Of a DNA stretch of 64,000 nt, positions 36,419 through 46,676 are shown piece by piece (the first letter of the stretch is position 1; each line of letters opens with the position of its first letter). The stretch lies in sequence record OR836606.1; one strand, given 5' to 3'. Below the pieces are notes generated by a model. That model worked only from the letters and a program-made list of their open reading frames with translations, ran no database searches and was not told the DNA's origin. Made by a program: the position numbers and the translations under genes.

Positions 36419-39406
36419 TTATGAAATTGAATAAGTTATATTAACTACATCATCATAAGATAAACCTAAATCAATAACAGTTGTTCCATCCTCTGTATCT
36501 TCATTTCTTACTTCAACTTTATTATCTTTAAGAGATTTTTTGATATTAATAAATTCAGGGACGTATTCAATAATTTCTTGTTTACTTAGATCCATATAGT
36601 TTATATTAGTATTAATTAATTTTTGATAATGATTATCAACTTTCTCAGAATATTTTCCTGAAATGCCATTAAATACTATATATTTGATTATATCAAAATT
36701 TTCTTCTAATAGTCTGATTAGGTTAGATATAGGTAGGACTCCTTTTTCGTTACATGCTTCAACGAAATCAGAAATATAACGTTTAATCTCACCGTCTAAG
36801 AAATCATTAATAGGTGCATATAGTGTAATATCTAAATCTAGTAATATATCAGTTCTAGAGATATATTTATTAACTAAACTATCATCATCTAATTCTTTAT
36901 CCAAATAATAATTATTAGATGGTCCTTTAGTATTATAAAGTTTCATATCTATACTAGTATTATTTTGTAATCTAGGAATAGCATCTTCTAATATTTCTTT
37001 ATAACTTTCTAAGATATTATAGACTTCTTCATAATTATTCATAAAGTATCCTAATGAGAATAAAGGTACTAATTCAACTTTACAGCTATCTTCATTCATA
37101 GATACCGTACTACTCATTACTTGTGACATGTCTTTATAAATAGAAACTCCTTCAAAAGTTTCCATAGAACAAGCCAATGTGTAATCTCTAATTTCATCAT
37201 CTCTATGGTTAGGAAATTCATCTTTAAAGAAATTCATTTCATCAGATATATCAAGATCGTTGAAATATCTCATATCTTCATCTTTATAGAGTAAACCTAA
37301 TTTAACTACAAATTTTTCATCTATAAATACATTATCTTGCACTATGCCTTTATCGTTATAAAGTGAATCCGTTATAGATAATTTTCCATTATGGAAAGAT
37401 CTATTAGTAGATATCATCCCTGAATATAAAGAAGATTTATCTACAGTTGAATCTGATTCATCAATAATATTATTTTCAGACTCAATATTTTCTTCTGGAT
37501 TTAATTCAAAGTAACCATATCTTTCACCGGTTTCTTGAGAAATTAGTACAGCTCTAACTTTTAATAAGTCTTTCATTTCTTGAAGTGAACTATCCATGCC
37601 AATTTCTAAACTAAATTTAAATGTATCTGATTCCAAAGTATTTTTGAAATCATTTAATTTTTCTACATATAAATCAGTAGTCGTAATATTGTTAGGTATT
37701 AAATCATTAATATATTTATATTCAGTAGTAAATAGATCATTTACATGAAGCTTATAATAATTAGTAGATAAGAAAGGATATTTATTAATTTTAATTAAAT
37801 AAGGATTTACATAATATAAAGAATCTTTATCTTTTTCAAATTTCTCTTTCTCATCAACATCATCTAAGCCTTTTTCAATATGAATGTATTTTTTACTTTC
37901 TTGATCATATTTAAATAAGCTGTTTTCCGGTATTACATAGCCATCTTCTTCATTACCTAATGAAGTATTTCCTTCAAAATACTGTTTAGGGAATTCTATA
38001 TAAGGAGCAGTATTTGTAGGCATTACTTTACTATCACTGTCCCTCAATAATAGAAAAGCATTATACATACGTGTATAAAGATCATTACGTTTTTTAATGA
38101 AGTTAATAAATGAGTTATTAATATTGTTGTTATCATTAACATCATTAAAATAGTTTTTGATATCAAAATCAGTAATAATATTATCTCTAGTAATGGCTTT
38201 ATTGATTATTCTTCTTTTTTCAGTGTAAACATCTGGTCTATTCTGACCATCAACTGAATTACCTTTAGGAAGAATAGTTATTGGTACTTTTTCGAATGTA
38301 TTATCAGAATCTAAAGCCACATTTAAACTATCATTATAACTAAAGTTACCTCTTTCACCTTTAGTTGTTAAAGTCTCTACAATAACTTTACTATTGGCTT
38401 TAGGTCTAAAAGAATTAGCCATGTTTGAAAACGAAATTTCTAATGAGTTATTATCTTTAAAATTATAATAACAGAAAGGATTGTCGGTATCTGGAGTAAA
38501 AGTATTATTGAAATAAGTTTCCATAGGTTTTCTTACACCTAAGTATTCATAGAACACATTAAACCCGGCTAATTGATTTTCATAACTAACATTGAAATAA
38601 ATATTTTCAGCAATATCGTTACTAGTTATATTGAATTCTTTAGAAACTCTTTCTATTTGGTATAAATCTAAAGAGAAATACATATAATCTATACCATTTA
38701 TTATATTCTTAGTTACTTTAATATTATTATCTAAAATAGAAGAAAATTTAAATAGATCATTATCTATGTCATATCTCGCTGTGATTTTATAATCTATCGC
38801 ATCTTTTCCATCTCTAGTTATCGGATATTGTTTTAATACCATTGATACATCATAAGGTAAACAATATTTAAAACTACCTATCGTAAAATCTTGGTCTTTA
38901 GATAATTTTATCTCATAAGTTTTTAATGATTTCTTTTTATCAATTTCTTGAGTAGATACAATCTCTCTAGAAGGTAATTTTAATAAATCATCTTTTCTAA
39001 TAACAAAATCTACTTTAAAATTAGCAGGCTTAGCCATTTGAATAGGTACATTATACAATTTGGCAAAATTGTATATAGACATAGGAATAGAAGCTGTATT
39101 TAAGAATAATTCATCATATAATACGTTTCTATGATATATAGCATTTTTAATTTCATGTGAATTAATTTCATTAATATAGCCGAATAAACCAGCTTTTAAT
39201 AATGAAATTAGATCTTCATCTTCATTATCATCTATAGGAGTATTTTCAGTATCAATTTCAAAGAATTTAGTAGCCATATTAAACCACTTATCTTTAACAT
39301 CATATGAAGTGCTTCCTATCTTAATAACACTTTCAGTATCTATTTTAGCATTATTAAGGAAATCTATTTTCTCTTGTTCATTAGAGAAATACTGTGTTAT
39401 AGCCAT
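36419..39406 (-). CDS. Baseplate wedge protein (T4 gp6/baseplate J-like)
   Basis: ELFLNTA...SIYNFAKLYN and ETLTTKGERGN resemble gp6-like wedges; size and context fit. Confidence 0.6.
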   Translation of the reverse strand: MAITQYFSNEQEKIDFLNNAKIDTESVIKIGSTSYDVKDKWFNMATKFFEIDTENTPIDDNEDEDLISLLKAGLFGYINEINSHEIKNAIYHRNVLYDELFLNTASIPMSIYNFAKLYNVPIQMAKPANFKVDFVIRKDDLLKLPSREIVSTQEIDKKKSLKTYEIKLSKDQDFTIGSFKYCLPYDVSMVLKQYPITRDGKDAIDYKITARYDIDNDLFKFSSILDNNIKVTKNIINGIDYMYFSLDLYQIERVSKEFNITSNDIAENIYFNVSYENQLAGFNVFYEYLGVRKPMETYFNNTFTPDTDNPFCYYNFKDNNSLEISFSNMANSFRPKANSKVIVETLTTKGERGNFSYNDSLNVALDSDNTFEKVPITILPKGNSVDGQNRPDVYTEKRRIINKAITRDNIITDFDIKNYFNDVNDNNNINNSFINFIKKRNDLYTRMYNAFLLLRDSDSKVMPTNTAPYIEFPKQYFEGNTSLGNEEDGYVIPENSLFKYDQESKKYIHIEKGLDDVDEKEKFEKDKDSLYYVNPYLIKINKYPFLSTNYYKLHVNDLFTTEYKYINDLIPNNITTTDLYVEKLNDFKNTLESDTFKFSLEIGMDSSLQEMKDLLKVRAVLISQETGERYGYFELNPEENIESENNIIDESDSTVDKSSLYSGMISTNRSFHNGKLSITDSLYNDKGIVQDNVFIDEKFVVKLGLLYKDEDMRYFNDLDISDEMNFFKDEFPNHRDDEIRDYTLACSMETFEGVSIYKDMSQVMSSTVSMNEDSCKVELVPLFSLGYFMNNYEEVYNILESYKEILEDAIPRLQNNTSIDMKLYNTKGPSNNYYLDKELDDDSLVNKYISRTDILLDLDITLYAPINDFLDGEIKRYISDFVEACNEKGVLPISNLIRLLEENFDIIKYIVFNGISGKYSEKVDNHYQKLINTNINYMDLSKQEIIEYVPEFINIKKSLKDNKVEVRNEDTEDGTTVIDLGLSYDDVVNITYSIS

Positions 39407-39429
39407 TTACTACTTTCAACTCTCTTTCT

Positions 39430-40398
39430 TTATAAAAATCTTAATCTATATTTAGGTTTAGCTTTATCTTCTTTTCTTTGTCCCGCAACGATATAAGGGT
39501 TACCCGTATTAACTGGATACATTTCATCATAATCTAATTTTATACCCATAGTTGCATTATTAATATTAGCTCTAATAGGTTCAGTTCCAGAAGCATTAGC
39601 TATACTAGTAGACATTGTTGAAACTGAATTAAAGTCAACTAATATATCAGGATTCATATCTTCTTTATATGAATAAGCAAAATTAACTGAAACGTGAGGA
39701 ACTTCTGGGTCATCTCCAATATTTTGTGAGAATATATCATAAGGTACATTTATAGGGAAACATCCAGTATACTTAGAATAATGTAATACAGTTTCACCAT
39801 CAAAGTCTAATAAGAAATAATATATAGAACTAGTATAATCTATATAACGTTTATTTTTAGCATCATCTGAAGGAAATAAATAACCTCTAGTTACGCCTTC
39901 TATATATTCACTCCAAGCTTTAATTAAGTGTATAACATCTATTTCTTTATTTTCTTCAAAATCTACAGCTATTTCTCCACCAGCAACTGAATTAACTGTA
40001 CCTATTGGTAAATGCTGTTTATATCCGTAAAATGTTTCATGAAATTCTTTCATTGTTGTTTGTGTATCGGGAATAGATATCCCCATGAATCTATTTGAAA
40101 GGATTGGGATGAAAGGTCTACCTGAGCTTAAGGCACCGTTATTACTAAAATTTAAGCTTTTTAATAAATCAGGTTTAACTGATCTTAAATAAAGAAAGAA
40201 ACTTTCTCTCCCTATATTTTCTTCTACCAGATTTATTCTAGGTGCTGTTATGAAAATAAAAGGTAATCCTTTATTAAATATTTCTGAATTTTTATCTTTC
40301 ATTCTATATGGATTAAAGGATTTTATTTCTTTTATATCTCCTTCTTCTTTTAATGCTTTTTTAAACTTTTCTTCCGTAGTTTTCTTATCTTCAGCCAA
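39430..40398 (-). CDS. Tail tube-like/baseplate-tube junction protein
   Basis: IYYFLLDFDG...YTGCFPINVP...VNFAY resembles the gp19/gp54 tube fold. Confidence 0.55.
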   Translation of the reverse strand: MAEDKKTTEEKFKKALKEEGDIKEIKSFNPYRMKDKNSEIFNKGLPFIFITAPRINLVEENIGRESFFLYLRSVKPDLLKSLNFSNNGALSSGRPFIPILSNRFMGISIPDTQTTMKEFHETFYGYKQHLPIGTVNSVAGGEIAVDFEENKEIDVIHLIKAWSEYIEGVTRGYLFPSDDAKNKRYIDYTSSIYYFLLDFDGETVLHYSKYTGCFPINVPYDIFSQNIGDDPEVPHVSVNFAYSYKEDMNPDILVDFNSVSTMSTSIANASGTEPIRANINNATMGIKLDYDEMYPVNTGNPYIVAGQRKEDKAKPKYRLRFL

Positions 40399-40541
40399 TC
40401 TCTTTTACACCACCAATCATTATTTTTAATAAGGCTATGTTAAAGTAGATTTTCTGCAATAAATTAATTTATAAATTTATATTATAATTATGAAGTTGAT
40501 AATTATTATCAGCTAATTTAAATAAAAAGGATGGATTTAAA

Positions 40542-40988
40542 ATGTTAAATAAAATTAGAGAAATTAAAAATAGTAGAAAATTAGAGAAACAAAGAAAATT
40601 TCAAGAAGAATTAAAAGAAAAAGAAAGAATTGAAAGATCTCTAAAAGAGCAAGAAGAAAGACGTATAGCTGAAATAAAAGCTAGAGAAAAAGAAACAAGA
40701 GCTTTCTTAGAAAAAGAAGGTCTAATTAAATCTTATTTTGATAGATCTGTAAATGTAGACTACCAAGAAGCCAAACAATATCTTTTAAGAAACGGATTTA
40801 ATTGGTCTGACTTAAAAAGAATGAATAATTATAAGATATTTTTAGAAGCAAATTCATTAGTTGAATATAAGGCTAGGAAAGAAAATGTAAAAATAGAAAC
40901 TATAAAAGATGTTATTAGAGAGAAAAAATTATTAGAAGATCAAATAAAAGCAAAAATACACAACGATTATTTTGGAAGTTTTAGATAA
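40542..40988 (+). CDS. Hypothetical coiled-coil protein
   Basis: ORF with AAGGA RBS. Confidence 0.75.
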   Translation: MLNKIREIKNSRKLEKQRKFQEELKEKERIERSLKEQEERRIAEIKAREKETRAFLEKEGLIKSYFDRSVNVDYQEAKQYLLRNGFNWSDLKRMNNYKIFLEANSLVEYKARKENVKIETIKDVIREKKLLEDQIKAKIHNDYFGSFR

Positions 40989-41016
40989 AAAAAAAAATAA
41001 AAAAGGGTGATTTAAT

Positions 41017-41514
41017 ATGTACAAAAGAATAACTGCAAAAGAAAAAGAAGAATTATATGGAAATTCAAATCGTTTTATTGATGAAAAATTTAAGATTGAT
41101 GTTTTTATAGAACTAAACAAAATGTTAAAAATGGGAATTGAAAATTGTAACTTATCTTTTAATAAATTGGCGGATACAGAACTAAATAATACTGGTAGAG
41201 AATTAGAATATTTAAATATTGAAGATATAAAAACGAAAACTAAGAAAGCTGTAGGTTTTACTGGAAAATTATTTGCAATAGATCAATTTGACAACCTTTA
41301 TTATACAGCAGGTAATACAGAATTTTATAAATTTGATTTAAATTTAACAAAATTCAGTAGAAATAAATTAGAAAAGAAAATTAAAAAGATGAAAATAGAA
41401 AATAGTCATTTACTTGATAATGGTTATATTAGAAATATTAAATATTCATTTGTAATTTACAATAAAAAAGGTGAGCCTGAATTTGATAGAAATTATTTTG
41501 AAAATAATTATTGA
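41017..41514 (+). CDS. Hypothetical protein (165 aa)
   Basis: ORF with AAGGG RBS. Confidence 0.75.
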   Translation: MYKRITAKEKEELYGNSNRFIDEKFKIDVFIELNKMLKMGIENCNLSFNKLADTELNNTGRELEYLNIEDIKTKTKKAVGFTGKLFAIDQFDNLYYTAGNTEFYKFDLNLTKFSRNKLEKKIKKMKIENSHLLDNGYIRNIKYSFVIYNKKGEPEFDRNYFENNY

Positions 41515-41640
41515 TTGAGGAAAATTAGTCTTATAATATTCATCGATAAGGGGGAATAAATCCCTCTTATTTTTTTTGTAAATAATTTTTAAATATATAT
41601 TATAAAAGTGAGAAGTTAAGAAATTAACTTCTCATTAATA

Positions 41641-41856
41641 TACTATATTCTACTAAGATATATAAATATGCCGATTCATTTTTAGATCCCCTATACTAAA
41701 ATGAATGGAAGTATAAAATAACAAAATGTGGACAGAGTGAGTTAAACAATAAAAAGATTACCAAATGACATTAGGTCAACAATCAAAAAAGTCATATCTA
41801 TTGTATTTAAGGTGGTTAGACCGTTCACACATATTTATGTCATATATTAAATAGTA
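41641..41856 (+). ncRNA. Candidate structured non-coding RNA
   Basis: ORF-free region after the early-type promoter at 41588-41603, with nested complementary segments (see findings). Confidence 0.45.
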
Positions 41857-41884
41857 GCAATATAAATGGGGAGAGATTCAAAAA

Positions 41885-42016
41885 TTGAATAAAGAAGATT
41901 ATTTGGAAAGAAAAATTAAAGATTTGGAAAATAGAATAAAAGAAATAGATGATAAAGGACATTTTTATGGAGTAGATAACTTTATAAATGATCATATACT
42001 ATCTAATTATAAATAA
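41885..42016 (+). CDS. Small protein (43 aa, TTG start; not in ORF track)
   Basis: GGGGAG RBS; MNKEDYLERKIKDLENRIKEIDDK...; followed by a terminator hairpin at ~42069-42106. Confidence 0.5.
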   Translation: MNKEDYLERKIKDLENRIKEIDDKGHFYGVDNFINDHILSNYK

Positions 42017-42191
42017 AGAATTACTTCTCGAATATAATAGATATTCAAAAATAACTCACTCATACAAAATTTAGTTATCGTGTCTTAGTTGATACGATAA
42101 CTAAATTTATTTTTTTTTACTTTTTTATTGATTTTCATGATCAAACATATCTTTATAAAAATAATAAGAAAAAGAAAGGCGGAAATATAAA

Positions 42192-43661
42192 TTGGTCAAT
42201 AAAGTAAACCTATTTACAGATGTTATTTCTTTACTAAGAGACTCAACACCTGGTAAAGTAAGAGATAACTATGATAAAAATAAACCAAGAAAACGTTCAA
42301 TGAGATCTAGAGCAGGAGATTTCATTTTACAGTTTCCTTTAGTTACATCTGATACTATAGAGCAAGATACAGTTGAATTAATGAGAAACCAATTAGAATT
42401 AGAAAGAGCTTTTGAATTTGATTTTGTATTAACGAATTCACCCTTACAAACTTTTGATCCGAAAGATCCTACTTCATTTATGTCTGATTTGCATAATAAT
42501 GTAAATTTATCTGAAAGTACAAGAGAGGATATTAAAAGATCCAATGATTATTTATTAGAAACTCCTGAAGAAAAATTTAATATGAATTCTTTAAATGATA
42601 TGACTATCACTAGAGAAGAAATGAAAGAACTATTAAATGAATCAAATAGTGGTTATGTAGTAGAAGTCAATGGTGTAAAATATGATATTAGATTTGATAT
42701 AAATGATTTTGAATTATCAAAAAATACAAATAAAACTTATAATTTAGAAATATTTGAAGTTAAAGATGGTAAAGGGAAAGAATTTAAATTTAATAATATG
42801 TCAGAAAGTTCTAATAGAAATATAAATTCAGTATTTGACGGTAGATTAAAATCAAGTAACGGCAGCACTATGGAAAAAAATTCTGAATTAAAAAGAAAAT
42901 TCAGTGAAAATTATAAAGGTCAAATTACTAATACTATTAAAGATACAGAAAGAGATAATTTTGGAGCAAAAGTTACTATAGATAAAGAAAAAATAAATGC
43001 TTCTTTACCTACTACGATAACAACTACAATTAACTATGTACCTGCAGATAAAAACGGTAATCCTCTTCCAGCTTCAAATTATATACAAAAAGATACTAAA
43101 TTCGGTGTTAAGACAGTAGTTCATGTTGTTAAAACTGAAGACATCATTTTCTATCTTTCTGATAAATCTCGTAGTTCAAACTTAGTAACTAAATTAGTTA
43201 AATTTACTACAGGTGAATTACGTTTAGTTAAAGATTTATTATTAGATGCTGATAAAGTTAAGAAAATTGCACAAGATTCCAAAAAAGGACGTTCTGGAGC
43301 TATCTGGAACAAATTAAATTCTCTTTATACAGTTAATAAAGCTTCTAATGTAGCTAAATCAGCTAAAGCAAACTATGTTCCAACAACAGCTTTAATGATT
43401 ACTATTGATGAAGTTCAAGAAGTTAAACGTAAAACCGGCGTGAACTTATTATCTGACCGTAGAGCTGCTAAGAAAATTTATAATGAATTCTTCTTATTAG
43501 ACTTTATCGTAATAGATCAAACTAGAGAATTAGTTTATAAATATTTACCAGATCATAACAAATTTGAAGTTGTTAAAGAAAGTAAACTTGGTGCTTACAA
43601 AGTTAAGAATAACCAAAAAGATTTAACTTCTGAAATGCTTGAAAAATTATTAAAACGTTAA
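42192..43661 (+). CDS. Putative virion structural protein (489 aa)
   Basis: Late-type promoter at 42144; heads the structural cluster. Confidence 0.6.
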   Translation: MVNKVNLFTDVISLLRDSTPGKVRDNYDKNKPRKRSMRSRAGDFILQFPLVTSDTIEQDTVELMRNQLELERAFEFDFVLTNSPLQTFDPKDPTSFMSDLHNNVNLSESTREDIKRSNDYLLETPEEKFNMNSLNDMTITREEMKELLNESNSGYVVEVNGVKYDIRFDINDFELSKNTNKTYNLEIFEVKDGKGKEFKFNNMSESSNRNINSVFDGRLKSSNGSTMEKNSELKRKFSENYKGQITNTIKDTERDNFGAKVTIDKEKINASLPTTITTTINYVPADKNGNPLPASNYIQKDTKFGVKTVVHVVKTEDIIFYLSDKSRSSNLVTKLVKFTTGELRLVKDLLLDADKVKKIAQDSKKGRSGAIWNKLNSLYTVNKASNVAKSAKANYVPTTALMITIDEVQEVKRKTGVNLLSDRRAAKKIYNEFFLLDFIVIDQTRELVYKYLPDHNKFEVVKESKLGAYKVKNNQKDLTSEMLEKLLKR

Positions 43662-43838
43662 TTACTAGAAACAGTCATTATATAATAAGATATATTTCTT
43701 AATCTGAATAAATTAATGAAATTATATTTAGAACAAAAATTTATAAAATATAAAATGAAAATTTATATTAGCGTGTAGGTTTCATTTATTATTTTATTAT
43801 ATTTGTATTAACTCCTAGAAAGGAAGTGGAGATTCCCT

Positions 43839-44927
43839 GTGGAACTTCTTGAAAGAAAACATCTTCTAACTGAAGATGCAATTACACAAAGAGTTTTACA
43901 GGAATTCTCTTTACCATTCAGACCTTTTAAAAGATTAGAACCAGAAGAAAAAATGGAAGCTCTTTCGGTCGCAATCTCTAAAACGTCTGAAAAAATGTTG
44001 AAAAAATCTGGAAATAAAAATTTAAAATCGATCCTTTCTAGTAAAGGCGATTTTAAAAAGGTTAAAGCTTATAAAGATTTTGAAAAGACTTTTAATTACA
44101 TAAAGAGTCAAAAATCTAATAGTTTTGATCCTAAACTTATTTCCGTTTTTGATACTATTGAGAATTCTGTAAACTTACTTGAAAAAGAAAAAAATAACTT
44201 TAAAAAATGTTTTAATAATGGTAATGAAGTTGGTCAATTAGTTTATATTACTTTAGCATCATCGGTATTATTACTTACAACTCAATTATTCTTCTTAGGA
44301 TTCAATAATGAAGAAGGTAAATTAAAATTTGAAGGTAGTAAATTGAAAAAGAAAGAATCAGCTCAAGTAGATGCATTGGAAAATGTATTAACTATATATA
44401 AAAATGGTAAATTGAAAGAAATTTTTAAAGCTGATGGTTCTTATATTTCTACAAATGAAGGATTTAGTTTTAATGATGTTAAAAATGCAATTAAAGATAT
44501 TGATTTTAAAAAAATAGGTAAAGATATTGAAGCCAATAAACTAATTGGTAAAATAGTTAATTCAGATAAAAAATTAGGCGTTACTAGCAAAGTTGCTATT
44601 AGTGCTGCTGGTTTAGTCACTTTTTATGCTGTTTCAATAATTACTCTTTGGGCAATTAAGCAATCTTATATTCAAATTGTAAAAACCCGTTCAGATATCG
44701 CTGAGTATTTACGTGAAGCTGTTAAAATTATTGAAAACGAACAAAATAATGATTTATCAGATAGAGTACGTGAAAAACAAAATAAAGCTACTGAACGTTT
44801 AAATAAATTAGCTGATAAAATTGATATTGATTCCGGAGTAGCTGAAGTTCAAGCTAAATCAGAATCAGAACAAATCGATGCAGAAATAGGGAAAGAATTA
44901 GAAACTGATTTTAATATTAGTTTCTGA
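43839..44927 (+). CDS. Putative internal head protein
   Basis: Late promoter at 43732; LTE/TNE motifs; hydrophobic helices. Confidence 0.5.
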   Translation: MELLERKHLLTEDAITQRVLQEFSLPFRPFKRLEPEEKMEALSVAISKTSEKMLKKSGNKNLKSILSSKGDFKKVKAYKDFEKTFNYIKSQKSNSFDPKLISVFDTIENSVNLLEKEKNNFKKCFNNGNEVGQLVYITLASSVLLLTTQLFFLGFNNEEGKLKFEGSKLKKKESAQVDALENVLTIYKNGKLKEIFKADGSYISTNEGFSFNDVKNAIKDIDFKKIGKDIEANKLIGKIVNSDKKLGVTSKVAISAAGLVTFYAVSIITLWAIKQSYIQIVKTRSDIAEYLREAVKIIENEQNNDLSDRVREKQNKATERLNKLADKIDIDSGVAEVQAKSESEQIDAEIGKELETDFNISF

Positions 44928-44969
44928 TATTAAAAATTTAAATTATAAAATAATGGAGGAAATTATATA

Positions 44970-45821
44970 ATGTTACAAAATCAATCATTCGAAACTACTA
45001 TTTTAGAAGAGCAATTGTCTACTTCTGAAAATGAACTTATGGTATTGGAAGAGTTCAATGCTTTAAATGAAGCGGTAGAAACACAAGAAAAAGATGGAAA
45101 AAGTCTTGGTGTTAAAGCTAAAGAATTTTTCATTAAAGTTATTAAGGCTATTAAAGAAGCTCTTAAAAAATTTATGAATTTCTTTGTTGATGCTTTCAAT
45201 AAATTATTCTCTCGTTTCAATAAAATTGAAGAATACATTAAACAATCAAAATTAGAAGGCACTGTAGATAAAGAAAAACAAGAAGAAGCATTTGTATTAT
45301 TAGCTAAGAAAGTTAACGTAAAAGCTTTCAACCCTGGTAATGCTAATATTGAAAAATCTGAACAAGAAATTAATCATTTACAATCTTTGCTTGGTTCAGA
45401 GAAGAGCGCTTCAAATTCTATTTATGATGCTAGAATTTTAAAAGATAAAGCTTCAGTGGAAAGCGCTATGAAAGATTCTCGTGTAAATATGAATGTTATT
45501 AAAAGCGCTGCTAAAAGTATTCAACAAGGTGCTAAATCTGTAGAAGCTAGTGCAAAAGAAGGTATCCAAGCTTCTGGTAAAGATAATAAAGAATTAATTA
45601 AACAAAAACAAGCAGAAACTAAACTTAAAAATAAAGGTGTAGCTGTTGCTCGTAGATTTGCTTCATTGGCTATTAGTAATAACAATGAAGTATTAGTTAA
45701 ATCTTATAAAGTAGCTAAAGCTATTTCTTCTCAAAATAAAGCTTCACAAAAAGCTGGTAACAAAGCTGTAAAAGCTCAAAATAAAGATGCTGACAAAAAA
45801 GCTAAAGCTATGAATGCTTAA
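44970..45821 (+). CDS. Internal head protein-like (paralog of 45914-46648)
   Basis: Acidic pro-region, then LNEA...KEFFIKVIKAIKEALKKF. Confidence 0.55.
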   Translation: MLQNQSFETTILEEQLSTSENELMVLEEFNALNEAVETQEKDGKSLGVKAKEFFIKVIKAIKEALKKFMNFFVDAFNKLFSRFNKIEEYIKQSKLEGTVDKEKQEEAFVLLAKKVNVKAFNPGNANIEKSEQEINHLQSLLGSEKSASNSIYDARILKDKASVESAMKDSRVNMNVIKSAAKSIQQGAKSVEASAKEGIQASGKDNKELIKQKQAETKLKNKGVAVARRFASLAISNNNEVLVKSYKVAKAISSQNKASQKAGNKAVKAQNKDADKKAKAMNA

Positions 45822-45913
45822 TATAAAATTTCTATGATATATAGGACCTAATACTCTTAATAATAGGGTATTAGGTCTTTTTATTTTTAATAAAGAAAGG
45901 AGAAAGATTCTTC

Positions 45914-46648
45914 TTGTTAGAAAATAAAGATTATAATAATGAATTCTTAAAGGAAGAAATTGAAATTGTAAATGAATCATTAAAATTTAATATTGAATTA
46001 AATAATCTAAATGAATCTCCTGTTAAAGATTTCTTTCAAACTATTAAAGAATTTTTCCTAAATATACTGTCATTAATTAAGAATGGGTTAGTTAAATTTA
46101 TGAAGTTCTTTAATACTAATTTTAATAGAATTACAATTAAAACTAAATCCACACTTAAGAAAATTAAAAAGAATAAAGAAAAAATAAATAGTGTAATGAG
46201 TAAACTTTCAGGACCAGCTTCAGTATTTAGTATATGGAAAGCTACTGATTTAAGAAAGTATGAAAATACTTTAAATTATGCTGGCCACGATAGTTTCTCA
46301 ATGAAATATCATGACTTTGAAAAAGAATTAGAAGAAAATAATCATTATTTAGAAATACCATTAACAATGTCTATTGATTTAGAATATGTTGTTAGTAAAT
46401 CATTTGAACAGTTTAATGAAGCTAAATCATTTGCTAAATCATTTAAAATTTCAGCAGATACAATGAAATCCGCTTCAGAGACTTCAATTAAATTTGCTAA
46501 TAAAGAAATTGAAGAAGAAAAAATAAGAGAAAATCAAAGAATGGTTAATGATCTTAATAAACTTAATGTACTTTATAGAAAAGTAGTTAACAACGCTATG
46601 AAAAGTCATGTAGACGTATTAAACGATGTTCAAAAATACATTGATTAA
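45914..46648 (+). CDS. Internal head protein-like (paralog of 44970-45821)
   Basis: Acidic pro-region, then LNES...KDFFQTIKEFFLNILSLIKNGLVKF. Confidence 0.55.
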   Translation: MLENKDYNNEFLKEEIEIVNESLKFNIELNNLNESPVKDFFQTIKEFFLNILSLIKNGLVKFMKFFNTNFNRITIKTKSTLKKIKKNKEKINSVMSKLSGPASVFSIWKATDLRKYENTLNYAGHDSFSMKYHDFEKELEENNHYLEIPLTMSIDLEYVVSKSFEQFNEAKSFAKSFKISADTMKSASETSIKFANKEIEEEKIRENQRMVNDLNKLNVLYRKVVNNAMKSHVDVLNDVQKYID

Positions 46649-46676
46649 TAATTTTTTATCCCAATACCTATTAACA

